DNA of 64,000 nucleotides from Candidatus Nitrosopumilus brisbanensis (GCA_038152885.1 JAYOXR010000001.1:5273-69272), one strand, 5' to 3'. Positions 47,021 through 56,647 are shown, numbered from the stretch's first letter. The notes: generated from the letters alone by a model not told the origin. A program made the numbers and translations.

Positions 47021-47508
47021 TATTACTAATTTAACTGCGGCATTCCTATATCTTATGTTTAATTATGATTTGATATGGCTGGTAGTGTGAAGAAATACTC
47101 ATCTTCAAATTCAAAATCTGTTTTTCCCTCTTTTCTTAAAAAATCAAAATATTCATTACAATTATTGTAAAAGTCATGATTCTTTTCTGTGTCTGTCATG
47201 AGTATTTGTCATAATTTGTGAATTTTTTACCCGTTGTGAGCATTTTTAGTTTCCATAGCTTGTTTTCTTTGATCTACTTTGATTGTATCATAATTTCTTA
47301 AGATTATGATATTTGTTTTAAAATATTTGCTAAATCAATTCCCTTCATGTCTGAACCAAAATTATTGAAGGATCATCGTGAAAGATCTTTTCTCTTTATC
47401 GGTTTTCTTGTAATTGTGGGTACTGCGGTTCTTCTCGTGCCTTGATTTTTTAGATTCTATAGTTCCAATTGATAAAGTAATTTAGGATCACACTATAGGG
47501 TATCTTAG

Positions 47509-49323
47509 ATGGAAAAATTTGTTCCTGATACCAGTGTTATTATCAACGGATTGTTTCTTTCACACCTAGTATCTAAAAATTATTCTGAGTGCGAAATAAT
47601 TTTGCCTCAACCAGTTTTTGATGAATTACAATCGCAGGCTTCTAGGAATTCTCCTGAAGGGTTTATCGGATTGGAACAAATCACAAACATTAGAATATTA
47701 TCCAATCAAAAAAACTATGTTTTTACAACTACTGGTGATCATGTAACTAGTGATGATGTAAAATTTGCTAAAGTTGGTAGAATTGATTCAAAAATTATTG
47801 ATTTTGCAAAAGAATTTCAAGCAACATTAGTAACATCTGATAACCTACAAAATATTCTTGCCACCTCAAAGGGTGTTTCTTCCATATTGCTTTCACCTGA
47901 AAATTTAATCCAAAATCCTAGTTTTGAAAAATACTTTGATTCTCAGACAATGAGTATTCATCTTAAAGAAAATGAATTCCCGCTTGCTAAGCGTGGCTTT
48001 CCTGGAAATTTTACACTAGAAAAAATTTCTGAACAAAAATTAACCCTTGAAAATTTAAAGGAACTTGTATCTCATATACTTGATTTATGTAAAAATCAAA
48101 AAATTCTTCCTGATTTAACAAAAAATGGAGCTACAGTTATTCAATATCTCGATTATAGAATTGTAATTACTTTTCCACCCTTTTCTGAAAATTATGAAGT
48201 AACCATAGTTCATCCAATTAAAAAAATGTCCTTGATTGATTACTCTCTTCCTGAAAAACTAATGGAACGATTTTCACAAAGAGCTGAAGGAATAGTGATT
48301 TCTGGTGCTCCTGGTTCTGGAAAAAGTACACTTGCTTCTGGATTGGCAAATTTCTATAATTCACAACAAAAAATTGTTAAAACTTTTGAATCCCCTCGTG
48401 ATTTACAGGTTGATTCTGGGATTACTCAATATAGCAAATTGGATGGAAGTTTTGATAATTCTGCAGATATTTTACTACTGGTACGACCTGATTATGTAAT
48501 TTTTGATGAGGTTAGAAGAAAAGAAGATTTTAGAACGTTTGCAGATCTCAGATTAACTGGTGTTGGCATGGTTGGAGTCATTCATGCAAATGCTCCAATT
48601 GATGCAATTCAAAGATTTATTGGAAAGATAGAACTTGGTATGATTCCTAGTATACTTGATACTGTAGTATTTGTTCAAGGTGGTGAAATTAAAAACGTCT
48701 ATGAATTAGAATTAAAAGTTAAAGTTCCTTCTGGAATGACTGAATCCGATTTAGCAAGACCTGTAATTGAGATAAGAAACTTTTATGATCAAAATCTTGA
48801 ATATGAAATCTATACATTTGGTGAGGAAAATGTGCTTATTCCAGTAAATAAAAAAAATAAAAACAGTGTCCAAAAATTAGCTGAAGATAAAATATCTGAA
48901 TTTTTTAAAAAATTTGATTCAGAAGCGATTGTGGAATTACTAAGTGAAAATAGTGTCCGTGTTAAAGTGAATTCTAATGTTATTCCGTCTATAATTGGAC
49001 GCGGAGGAAGTAAAATTAATGAAATTGAAAAAATTCTGAATATTCATGTGGATGTTGTTGAACGAGAAACTGACTCTGAATTAATTAATTCTAATTCATT
49101 AGCATTTTCATTTAATGAATCTAAAACATCTTTTTTAATTGATGTGGGTAGAAAATATGCTTCTCAATATGCAGAAATTTTTGTTAATGGAAATCTTTTA
49201 TCATCAGAAAGAATTGGAAGAAAGGGACAAATAAAAATCCCTAGACGTTCACAAACTGGAAGGGATCTTATGGAATTTGCAACATCTAAAAATGATATAA
49301 AGATTTTTCTTAAAGATTATTGA
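47509..49323 (+). CDS. PIN-domain / PilT-like ATPase / KH-domain protein (archaeal COG1855-type)
   Basis: 604 aa with an N-terminal PIN-like FVPDTSVIING...TSD, Walker A GAPGSGKST, Walker B VIFDEV and a C-terminal KH motif IIGRGGSKINEIEKIL. Confidence 0.75.
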   Translation: MEKFVPDTSVIINGLFLSHLVSKNYSECEIILPQPVFDELQSQASRNSPEGFIGLEQITNIRILSNQKNYVFTTTGDHVTSDDVKFAKVGRIDSKIIDFAKEFQATLVTSDNLQNILATSKGVSSILLSPENLIQNPSFEKYFDSQTMSIHLKENEFPLAKRGFPGNFTLEKISEQKLTLENLKELVSHILDLCKNQKILPDLTKNGATVIQYLDYRIVITFPPFSENYEVTIVHPIKKMSLIDYSLPEKLMERFSQRAEGIVISGAPGSGKSTLASGLANFYNSQQKIVKTFESPRDLQVDSGITQYSKLDGSFDNSADILLLVRPDYVIFDEVRRKEDFRTFADLRLTGVGMVGVIHANAPIDAIQRFIGKIELGMIPSILDTVVFVQGGEIKNVYELELKVKVPSGMTESDLARPVIEIRNFYDQNLEYEIYTFGEENVLIPVNKKNKNSVQKLAEDKISEFFKKFDSEAIVELLSENSVRVKVNSNVIPSIIGRGGSKINEIEKILNIHVDVVERETDSELINSNSLAFSFNESKTSFLIDVGRKYASQYAEIFVNGNLLSSERIGRKGQIKIPRRSQTGRDLMEFATSKNDIKIFLKDY

Positions 49324-49774
49324 ATTCCTTTATAATTTTAGGGTTTGATTTAAGAAATGTTATGAATTTTCTTAGTTGTTTGATTGTCTTAGGATTGAGG
49401 TGATGTTCAATTCCTTCTGTATCTTGATTAGCAGTATCATACCCTACACCTAAAATTTCAAAAAATTCTAACAATATTCCATGTTTCTGCCTAATTCCTT
49501 CTGCAATTTGTATTCCCTTGGATGTGAGGTTAATCCCATGATATTTTTCGTATTCTAGAAATCCAGCTTCATCTAGTCTTTGTAGCATTTTTGTAACACT
49601 AGGAGCACTAACATGCATGTATCTTGAAATATCTAATGTCGTTGCATATCCTTTTAATTCGACCAATTCTGAGATAATTTCCAAATAATCCTCCATTCTG
49701 GTACTTGATTTAGTTTTTTCAGATTCATGGGCAGCTTTAATCGAATCAAGTCGTTTAGAATCTCTGGATTTCAT
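49310..49774 (-). CDS. DtxR/MntR-family metal-dependent transcriptional repressor
   Basis: 154 aa with the N-terminal wHTH MEDYLEIISELVELKGYATTLDISRYMHVSAPSVTKMLQRLDEAGFLEYEKY and a metal-site region. Confidence 0.8.
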   Translation of the reverse strand: MKSRDSKRLDSIKAAHESEKTKSSTRMEDYLEIISELVELKGYATTLDISRYMHVSAPSVTKMLQRLDEAGFLEYEKYHGINLTSKGIQIAEGIRQKHGILLEFFEILGVGYDTANQDTEGIEHHLNPKTIKQLRKFITFLKSNPKIIKEFNNL

Positions 49775-49902
49775 TTATTTTTCTTGATTTTACTGATATA
49801 ATTGAGTGTCTCAGTGGAAATTTAGGTTATTCTTTATTGACATGAAAGTAACAGATACTGATCTTTGTTTTTTATCTAATTTTTTATCGAATCAAACTAT
49901 TC

Positions 49903-50253
49903 ATGATTGATCCTTTAAAAGCAAGATTAGAGAAAATTCGAAAATTTACTGACTCTGCAAATAGAAGAGCAAATTTGTATTCGGATATGGCAAAAATGGA
50001 TGGTCCTGGAACCGCCTCTTCTCTAAGATCTCTTCAAAAGGCGCCTGCACCTGGTAAAAAAATTCAAAAAATTGGTTTTTTGATGTTGTGGATTCCTGAA
50101 CCAACTGGCATCACATGTGCTGTGGGTGCACCGATGATTTTGGCTGGACGCTATTTGGAAAAAAAATACAACAGTTCCACAATTAACGATATAGGTTTAC
50201 ACACCAAAGATACATTTTCATCAATTAATGATTTTAAAAGCAAAGTCTTTTAG
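49903..50253 (+). CDS. hypothetical protein (one or two hydrophobic segments)
   Basis: 116-aa ORF with no motif. Confidence 0.4.
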   Translation: MIDPLKARLEKIRKFTDSANRRANLYSDMAKMDGPGTASSLRSLQKAPAPGKKIQKIGFLMLWIPEPTGITCAVGAPMILAGRYLEKKYNSSTINDIGLHTKDTFSSINDFKSKVF

Positions 50254-50255
50254 AA

Positions 50256-50987
50256 TTAGATAAAAATTTCATTTCCATTATTTGAAAATGGTTTTCTGTC
50301 CAAACTAGGAATTTCAAATGAATTAAGATAATTCAAGTATTTTTTTAAATCTCTAGATTCATCTGAAATTAAAATTCTATCATTTTGTTTAATTATGTAT
50401 TCTGATAAATTATCATTAAATTTATTTTCATTAAGGTAAATTTGTAATCCCCCCTCATTACAAAATTCTTTTTCTTTAAAATCGTTATAATCTTCAATAA
50501 TAATACAATTTTTTGTAATTGCTAAACCAATACTTGAAAATAGCATTTCCAATGGAGCACCTGTTGCATGTCTATGAATTAGATATGTATTGCTATTTTC
50601 TAAATGGATATACTTGCTTTTTAATTGAAATTGCTCTATGCCTAAATTCAGTTGTTCGCCATTAATTGTAATTAAAATTGCTGCATGTTGATGATCACTA
50701 CCAAATTTTCCTACTTGGAATTTTTTAATCAGTAATGCTTCATCATTACCTATTGTATTTTTAGAAATTTCACTATCAATTTCTGACTGATTGAAATAAT
50801 AAAATGAATAAAATCCTATTGAAAATACCCCAAAAATTATCACTCCTATGATTAATGCATTATTTTTTGGTTTATTGGATATTGTTGGTTGAAAAATTAT
50901 TTCATATTCTCTGTTGCTCTCTTCATATCTTCCAGGCATACTTTTGTCTGAATTGAAATCTAAAGGAAGGGCTCCTCCTCTACTCAT
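50256..50987 (-). CDS. hypothetical single-pass membrane protein
   Basis: 243 aa. A TM helix (ALIIGVIIFGVFSIGFYSFYYF) follows a short cytoplasmic N-terminus. Confidence 0.5.
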   Translation of the reverse strand: MSRGGALPLDFNSDKSMPGRYEESNREYEIIFQPTISNKPKNNALIIGVIIFGVFSIGFYSFYYFNQSEIDSEISKNTIGNDEALLIKKFQVGKFGSDHQHAAILITINGEQLNLGIEQFQLKSKYIHLENSNTYLIHRHATGAPLEMLFSSIGLAITKNCIIIEDYNDFKEKEFCNEGGLQIYLNENKFNDNLSEYIIKQNDRILISDESRDLKKYLNYLNSFEIPSLDRKPFSNNGNEIFI

Positions 50988-51064
50988 ATCTAAATTGAAA
51001 TGATATTGTATAAAGTTGTAATTGAATAATTAACGTATTTTAGAAGCTTAGAAAAATAATTTTT

Positions 51065-51556
51065 ATGACTACTAGAACGCAGGCATTAATTCCTATTACA
51101 ATCGCCGCCGTAATTATTGGCGTAATTGGTTTGTTATCTATTCCCAGTGAAAGTAAATTAGAAACAGTAGAATTTCCACGAGGAACTATTCTTATAGATG
51201 ATATTGCACTTGAGGTACAAATCGCTGATACTGAACCTAGAAGGGTAAGAGGATTAATGTTTCAAGATCCTCTACCAAGTGATCAAGGAATGATCTTTGT
51301 ATTTGATTCTCCTGGGATGTATTCATTATGGATGCTAAACATGCAATTTTCTTTAGATATGATGTGGTTTGATCAAAATGGAGATTTGGTTCACTTTGAA
51401 AAAGATGTTCCCCCATGTAAAGCCGTTCTGGAAATTGCAACCTGTCAGAGTATTATTCCTGATGCTGAATCATTATACGTAGTAGAGGTGACGTCAGGTT
51501 TTATTGATAGACATCAAATAAATTCTGACTCAAAATTAACAATCATCTCGATTTAG
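51065..51556 (+). CDS. DUF192-family protein (membrane-anchored or secreted)
   Basis: 163 aa. ADTEPRRVRGLMF...GMIFVF......WMLNMQFSLDMMWFD is the DUF192 pattern. Confidence 0.7.
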   Translation: MTTRTQALIPITIAAVIIGVIGLLSIPSESKLETVEFPRGTILIDDIALEVQIADTEPRRVRGLMFQDPLPSDQGMIFVFDSPGMYSLWMLNMQFSLDMMWFDQNGDLVHFEKDVPPCKAVLEIATCQSIIPDAESLYVVEVTSGFIDRHQINSDSKLTIISI

Positions 51557-51584
51557 TATTGCAAAAGCTTATCAGAGAAAGTTA

Positions 51585-52217
51585 TTGATTAGATTTGTGA
51601 ATAAATTAATTTTAATTCCCATAATTGGTGTGATTATTTTTTCCATATTCCTAGTTCTGCCAATGAATGAATCTGAACCAAATTCTGTTCTAAATTTAGA
51701 TGGTTTTTCATATTATGACATTGAAAAACTACAAAATTCTTTAAAACAACAAAATATTGTTGTCTCGACACCTGTTGCTATAACTGATTATACCATAGAA
51801 TCATACTGTCCAAATATTTCAGATGCTGATTTATCATTAATTACATACTGCACAACAACCTCTGTAGTAAATTCTAAAGGGGATTCTATTGGAAATATCA
51901 ATTTTGGAGGTACTCAAGAAATTACTATGATGGCATTAGCCACACTTGAAACAAGTTCTATAGATGAGCCTAGCGTGCCTATAATTTTTGAGATAATGAT
52001 CAAAGATTTGGTTTGTGATTGTTGGGCTGAGTATAATTCTACATCATTTCCAGATATTTCTAGCTGGATTTTGGGTTCTCATGAATTATTTCTTGACAGC
52101 AATAAACCATTTATGAAATCTACTGTCAATAATTTATCTGACACAAAACTGGTTTTAGAAATTACCCAAAATGAAAATTCCATTATTCAGACATTATACA
52201 TAATTAAAAAAGTCTAA
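51585..52217 (+). CDS. hypothetical membrane-anchored protein
   Basis: 210 aa with TTG start, an N-terminal TM helix and a Cys-containing extracytoplasmic domain. Confidence 0.45.
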   Translation: MIRFVNKLILIPIIGVIIFSIFLVLPMNESEPNSVLNLDGFSYYDIEKLQNSLKQQNIVVSTPVAITDYTIESYCPNISDADLSLITYCTTTSVVNSKGDSIGNINFGGTQEITMMALATLETSSIDEPSVPIIFEIMIKDLVCDCWAEYNSTSFPDISSWILGSHELFLDSNKPFMKSTVNNLSDTKLVLEITQNENSIIQTLYIIKKV

Positions 52218-52250
52218 TTATTCAGTTATCATTGAATCAATTGACTCAAA

Positions 52251-53027
52251 ATGATTGAACAATTTTGGTTAATTCCATTAGGTTTTGCCGCCGGCGTCTT
52301 GGGTTCTATGATTGGTTTAGGTGGTGGAATTATTGTTGTTCCTGTTTTAACATTTTTGGGATTTCCTCCAACAACTGCAGCTAGTAATAGTTTGTTTGCA
52401 GCATTAAGTAATTCTGTTGCTTCAACAATTTCTTACGCTCAACAAAAAAGAATTGATTATTCATTGGGCATCAAACTTGGTCTGTTATCCATTCCTGGGA
52501 CCATCTTGGGAGCTTTATTTTCATCTGACGTATCATCTGATTTTTTTAAAATCTTATTTGGATTAGTTTTGGTAGCTTCGGCAGTTTACATTTTTGTCAG
52601 GCGTAATTTAGAGAGAAAACAAAAAAAACTTGCTAAACAAATGTTATTCTTTTCTGTTTTTGCTAGTTTCTTTGCTGGGATTATTTCATCATTCTTTGGG
52701 ATAGGTGGTGGAATAATTTTTGTTCCATTGATGGTTGTTGGAATGGGAATGATGATGAAAAAAGCAGCTCCTACATCTCAATTAATTTTACTTTTTGCAT
52801 CTGTTTCTGGTGTACTAGTTCATAGCTTTTTAGGACATCCTGATTTTCTACAATCTGGATTACTAGCATTTGGATCTTTTATTGGTGGATTAGTAGGTGC
52901 AAGATTATCATTAGAAGTTAAAGAGAAATATCTTCAAATTTTGGTTTCAACTGTTATTTTAATTGCAGCAATAAAATTATTTTATGATTCTGCCACGGGA
53001 AATCAATTTAGCCTCGGATTTTTTTAA
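52251..53027 (+). CDS. TauE/SafE-family anion exporter
   Basis: 258 aa, polytopic, with duplicated GxGGGxxxVP motifs (GLGGGIIVVP, GIGGGIIFVP). Confidence 0.8.
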   Translation: MIEQFWLIPLGFAAGVLGSMIGLGGGIIVVPVLTFLGFPPTTAASNSLFAALSNSVASTISYAQQKRIDYSLGIKLGLLSIPGTILGALFSSDVSSDFFKILFGLVLVASAVYIFVRRNLERKQKKLAKQMLFFSVFASFFAGIISSFFGIGGGIIFVPLMVVGMGMMMKKAAPTSQLILLFASVSGVLVHSFLGHPDFLQSGLLAFGSFIGGLVGARLSLEVKEKYLQILVSTVILIAAIKLFYDSATGNQFSLGFF

Positions 53028-53084
53028 CTGCTTTTATACAAATTTTGTAATGTATATTGTTCTCAAATCTTTTGATTTGGGGTG

Positions 53085-53113
53085 GGAGAGACAATGTCGG
53101 CTCTCCTGTTTTT
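53085..53113 (+). terminator. hairpin plus T-run, putative terminator between convergent genes
   Basis: GGAGAG (53085-53090) pairs with CTCTCC (53101-53106) around a 10-nt loop and is followed by TGTTTTT. It is the most GC-rich intergenic spot nearby, about 58 nt after the TauE stop. Confidence 0.3.
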
Positions 53114-53119
53114 AATTAA

Positions 53120-53569
53120 CTATTTTGATGGTTCTTTTTTTATTCTGTATATGTTTCTCTTTGAGATAACTATAGTTTCTCCTTCATTATTGGTTCCTTC
53201 ATAATCAACAAAAATTTTTCCATATTCTTCATCAATTTCTTCTAATCCTGAAATTGTGAATTTTAATTTTAAAACTTGATCCGTTAACAATGGTTTTAGA
53301 AATCTAGTGTTTCTATTATCCCAATTTAAATCTCCATCAGTGCCCAAAAATATAATGTGATTTCCATAAATTTGACTTAACCTAGTAAATTCTCCTTCCA
53401 TTCTTGATAAAATTGCCCTCCCAGAAATCATTTGCTCTCCTTTTTTCTTGTTTTCTAAAAATGCATTTCTGACTCTAGAGAAATTAAGATATTCTTCAAA
53501 TTCTTTTTCAGATATACTACAAGTTGAAAAAAATGAATCTCCTATCCTAAACTCTGAAAATTTTTTCAT
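53120..53569 (-). CDS. hotdog-fold (MaoC-dehydratase-like) protein
   Basis: 149 aa. It has the FRIGDSF N-terminus, a central long helix and a RFLKPLL strand typical of MaoC-like hotdogs, but the usual D-x4-H catalytic pair is not evident. Its ATG shares one base with the TAA of the upstream SDR gene (TAATG). Confidence 0.45.
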   Translation of the reverse strand: MKKFSEFRIGDSFFSTCSISEKEFEEYLNFSRVRNAFLENKKKGEQMISGRAILSRMEGEFTRLSQIYGNHIIFLGTDGDLNWDNRNTRFLKPLLTDQVLKLKFTISGLEEIDEEYGKIFVDYEGTNNEGETIVISKRNIYRIKKEPSK

Positions 53570-55338
53570 TATCTGGATTCATCAACACAGAATGTCACTT
53601 CTGATGATTCTGCTGCATGTTCAGAAACTAGAAAGTTCAATGCATCAGCAATTCTTTGGTGATTTGGTTCATCACCCGCAATTGAACCTGGGAAAATTGA
53701 GAATATTCTTATTTTTGAATTTAATACATCACTTAGTTCTTGATTTGTAGTTGTTGTAAATGGTCTTAATGCCCCTCTGAATACTTCAACTTGAGCTCTA
53801 GCAGTACCTGATACCTTCCTACCTGAAGGTAAATCTGGACCAATGATCATGATTGCTCCTTTTGCATCTTTGTATAATCTTGGATCCTTGTCTCCACCTG
53901 GGACGAATTGTTCTAATGCTCTTTGTGCGACATTAGCTGGGGTTGAAATGAATTTCTCGGTTAACTCTTCCCATCCTGCACGATTTAGTTCTGTTAATTT
54001 TGAAATTTCAGGTAATTTACCTGTAATGTGAATGACTGCTAAAATCTCACCCAAGTTGGTTTTTGCGGTGTTTAACCATCTTTGAACTTCTTCTGGATTC
54101 TTGATATCTACAATATGAGAATGACATTTTGAACTAATTTGTTCTTGTACGTTTGTTGGGGTTGATGGTGAAATGAAACATGCTACTTTTCCACCATTCT
54201 TTTGAATGTAATCTGCTAAAAATATCACTCTATCCGCGTCACTTGCATCTGTTCCATCAATTGTAAAAACAATTGATTTTCCAGAAAAATTAATTTGATG
54301 AACATTTGGGGTTGTTGTTCCAACATGTGGTTTAACTGGATAAAACACTCTATCTCCTGGAATTACTTTACCGTTCAAAATTCTTGCAATTTCGTCATCA
54401 CATAGATTTAGAACTGATTCTGCAACTTGTGATTGTGATAGAAATTCTCTATTTGCAATCATATGTGATGTATTATTTTGTACTTTTTCAGCAATTGTTT
54501 GTATTTTATTTAAGAGATTAGAAAATGTGGTTTTTAATTTTTCAACATCTTTACCATTTGCAAGTTTTGTTGCAGCTTCTGTAATTCCATTTTGAATAAA
54601 TGATTCTTCTTCACCAAGTAATGGCAATAGTTCTTTAGCAGCTGATTCCACTTCAATTGGTGTAAGTTCTTCAAATCCACTAACTCTCATAAATTCTGCT
54701 GCAGCTTTAGGATATACTGTCTTGTAAATTCTGTCAGAATGAACTGGACCAGGATTTGTTGCAATTGAAATTATTCCTTTATCTGTTAATTCCCATGACA
54801 TTGCTTCTGCAAGTCTATTTTTTGCACCTTGTGATGCTGTGTAAGGACTTCTAAATCTATATGGTCTTTGTTCTAATGGTCTCTCTTCAGTAAAGAAAGT
54901 AGAAATTGTGATGATTTTTGAACCCTCTTTCATTACTTTTAGAGCTTGTACTGAGCCCCAAAATGTTCCAGTAAGATGAATTCCAATTGTACTTTTAAAA
55001 TCATCTAATGAAGCATTTGCAAAACATGTAACTGGACCTGAGACTCCTGCATTATTAATTAAATAATCTATATTCGTATTTTCATTTTTTAAAGTATCAA
55101 ACATTTGGTTCATGGCTGATTCATCAGCAACATCTACACCTGGAAATATCTTAACTGATGCTCCTGTATTTTTTTCTGAAATAATTTTTTGCAACTCATT
55201 TGCTGCTTCTTCTAAAGGTTCTTTCCTTCTGCCAAGAATTATTACTGTGGCTCCATTTTCGACAAATTTTGTGGCAATTGCTTTTCCAATTCCCGTTCCA
55301 CTTCCTGTTACTAGTGCAACTTTGCCCTGAAACTTCAT
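53569..55338 (-). CDS. 589-aa double short-chain-dehydrogenase-fold protein (SDR plus pseudo-SDR), malonyl-CoA-reductase-N-like
   Basis: The N-terminal classical SDR has VALVTGSGTGIGKA, NNAG and PGPVHSDRI. Its catalytic motif reads YTASQ (Y166, Q170) instead of YxxSK. The second half (from about GKSIVFTIDGTD) looks Rossmann-like but lacks a Gly-rich loop. Confidence 0.7.
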   Translation of the reverse strand: MKFQGKVALVTGSGTGIGKAIATKFVENGATVIILGRRKEPLEEAANELQKIISEKNTGASVKIFPGVDVADESAMNQMFDTLKNENTNIDYLINNAGVSGPVTCFANASLDDFKSTIGIHLTGTFWGSVQALKVMKEGSKIITISTFFTEERPLEQRPYRFRSPYTASQGAKNRLAEAMSWELTDKGIISIATNPGPVHSDRIYKTVYPKAAAEFMRVSGFEELTPIEVESAAKELLPLLGEEESFIQNGITEAATKLANGKDVEKLKTTFSNLLNKIQTIAEKVQNNTSHMIANREFLSQSQVAESVLNLCDDEIARILNGKVIPGDRVFYPVKPHVGTTTPNVHQINFSGKSIVFTIDGTDASDADRVIFLADYIQKNGGKVACFISPSTPTNVQEQISSKCHSHIVDIKNPEEVQRWLNTAKTNLGEILAVIHITGKLPEISKLTELNRAGWEELTEKFISTPANVAQRALEQFVPGGDKDPRLYKDAKGAIMIIGPDLPSGRKVSGTARAQVEVFRGALRPFTTTTNQELSDVLNSKIRIFSIFPGSIAGDEPNHQRIADALNFLVSEHAAESSEVTFCVDESR

Positions 55339-55426
55339 AATTATAATTCAAAATCATTTGTGATATTTATTTGGATCTGGAACATTTTCTTGATATCTTT
55401 ATTTGTGGGTAAATTTGTGAATAATT

Positions 55427-55663
55427 ATGCATGATTCCGAATCTGACACATTTGTTTATCAAACATGGCCTGAAAAATTCAGTAGCATGTTAAAAGAAAT
55501 TGGAATTGATTCTAAAGCTAAAGACATTGGTACTGATGATGTCGAACATGGTGATTATTACAGTAGATATTTTGCACATTCTCCAAGAATGATTACTAAT
55601 CGTGGTAGTCTTGAAATTGAAAATTCAAATATTGACGTCGTTCAAATAATTCAGAAGGGATAA
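55427..55663 (+). CDS. hypothetical protein
   Basis: 78-aa ORF, 2 nt upstream of the next ORF. Confidence 0.35.
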   Translation: MHDSESDTFVYQTWPEKFSSMLKEIGIDSKAKDIGTDDVEHGDYYSRYFAHSPRMITNRGSLEIENSNIDVVQIIQKG

Positions 55664-55665
55664 AA

Positions 55666-56043
55666 ATGCAAGATCCAAATCCTATGCCTTGGGGTGCTTT
55701 AGATAGATTTCAAGCACACTTTATTGTTAGAAAAGATACTTCTTCTGATGACGGCAATTATGTTGCAAAGAGTATTTTGTCTACCAAAGGACATTTTGCA
55801 TCAAAAACTGTAACTTCAGTTTCTTGGAATGGTCCTGGTTTAATTGCAGTAAAACTAAATGAAGATAATGAATTAAATGAAATGCTTTCAAAACAATCTG
55901 TAAAAAATGCCTCAATTTACATTGAACCAACAAATGGTGCTGTCAGAATTCGAGGTAAATGGGACAATCATTTATCATTTGGTATTTCAAAAGAAATGTT
56001 TGAAATTTATGATAGGATAGCAGGTCACATAAAATCTATCTAA
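55666..56043 (+). CDS. hypothetical protein
   Basis: 125-aa ORF with no motif. Confidence 0.4.
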   Translation: MQDPNPMPWGALDRFQAHFIVRKDTSSDDGNYVAKSILSTKGHFASKTVTSVSWNGPGLIAVKLNEDNELNEMLSKQSVKNASIYIEPTNGAVRIRGKWDNHLSFGISKEMFEIYDRIAGHIKSI

Positions 56044-56576
56044 GCTTTCCACCAATCAAGTGCTAAATAATCTACTTCGTTTTTTCCTTTTGGAATTGCT
56101 AAAATGAACTGTTTTTTTACTGATGTTGCTAACCTTCCCGCTAAAACAATTCCTGTTGTAGAGATTGTTTCTCCTCTGTTGTACACTTGTACTAAGTATG
56201 GTGCATGATCAATACCTGGACCTTTTTCGTAAACTGCAAAATCACATCCAAACTTTATTCCTGGGTTAACAATGTATCCTTTATCTCTGAAATTTTTATA
56301 GACTTGATATTTTTTTTCAAAATCTTGATGCTCTAATTTACAAATTTCAATCATCTCATCTATGGATATTTTATTTTTTGATTTAGAGATGTTGATTTTT
56401 TTATTTTCCAACAAGTACAAAGATTCAATTAAATCTAAAACAAGAGGAGCATCAATCTCTTCAATTTTTGGTTTTGGAATTCCGATTGGTTTTCCAAAAT
56501 ATCCATTTTGAAATAATTTTTTCGAGTCTTCAATATTCCAAACTATTACTCTATTCTCAATTAATTCTCCCTTCAC
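56040..56576 (-). CDS. endA: tRNA-splicing endonuclease (catalytic subunit)
   Basis: 178 aa. GCDFAVYEKGPGIDHAPYLVQV ... SVKKQFILA carries the Tyr/His/Lys catalytic pattern. Confidence 0.85.
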   Translation of the reverse strand: MKGELIENRVIVWNIEDSKKLFQNGYFGKPIGIPKPKIEEIDAPLVLDLIESLYLLENKKINISKSKNKISIDEMIEICKLEHQDFEKKYQVYKNFRDKGYIVNPGIKFGCDFAVYEKGPGIDHAPYLVQVYNRGETISTTGIVLAGRLATSVKKQFILAIPKGKNEVDYLALDWWKA

Positions 56577-56647
56577 ACAAATTCCTAATGATTGATGTAT
56601 ATGAATTCAATGAAAAATAAATGAAAAGTAAAAAGTGAATCTGAGTT

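Noticed and set aside
49822-49829. TTAGGTTA, identical to a half-site of the DtxR/IdeR iron box, in the intergenic region upstream of the DtxR-family gene.
   Set aside because: Only one half-site is present and I could not find the complementary TAACCTAA arm. An 8-mer match in AT-rich DNA is not convincing.
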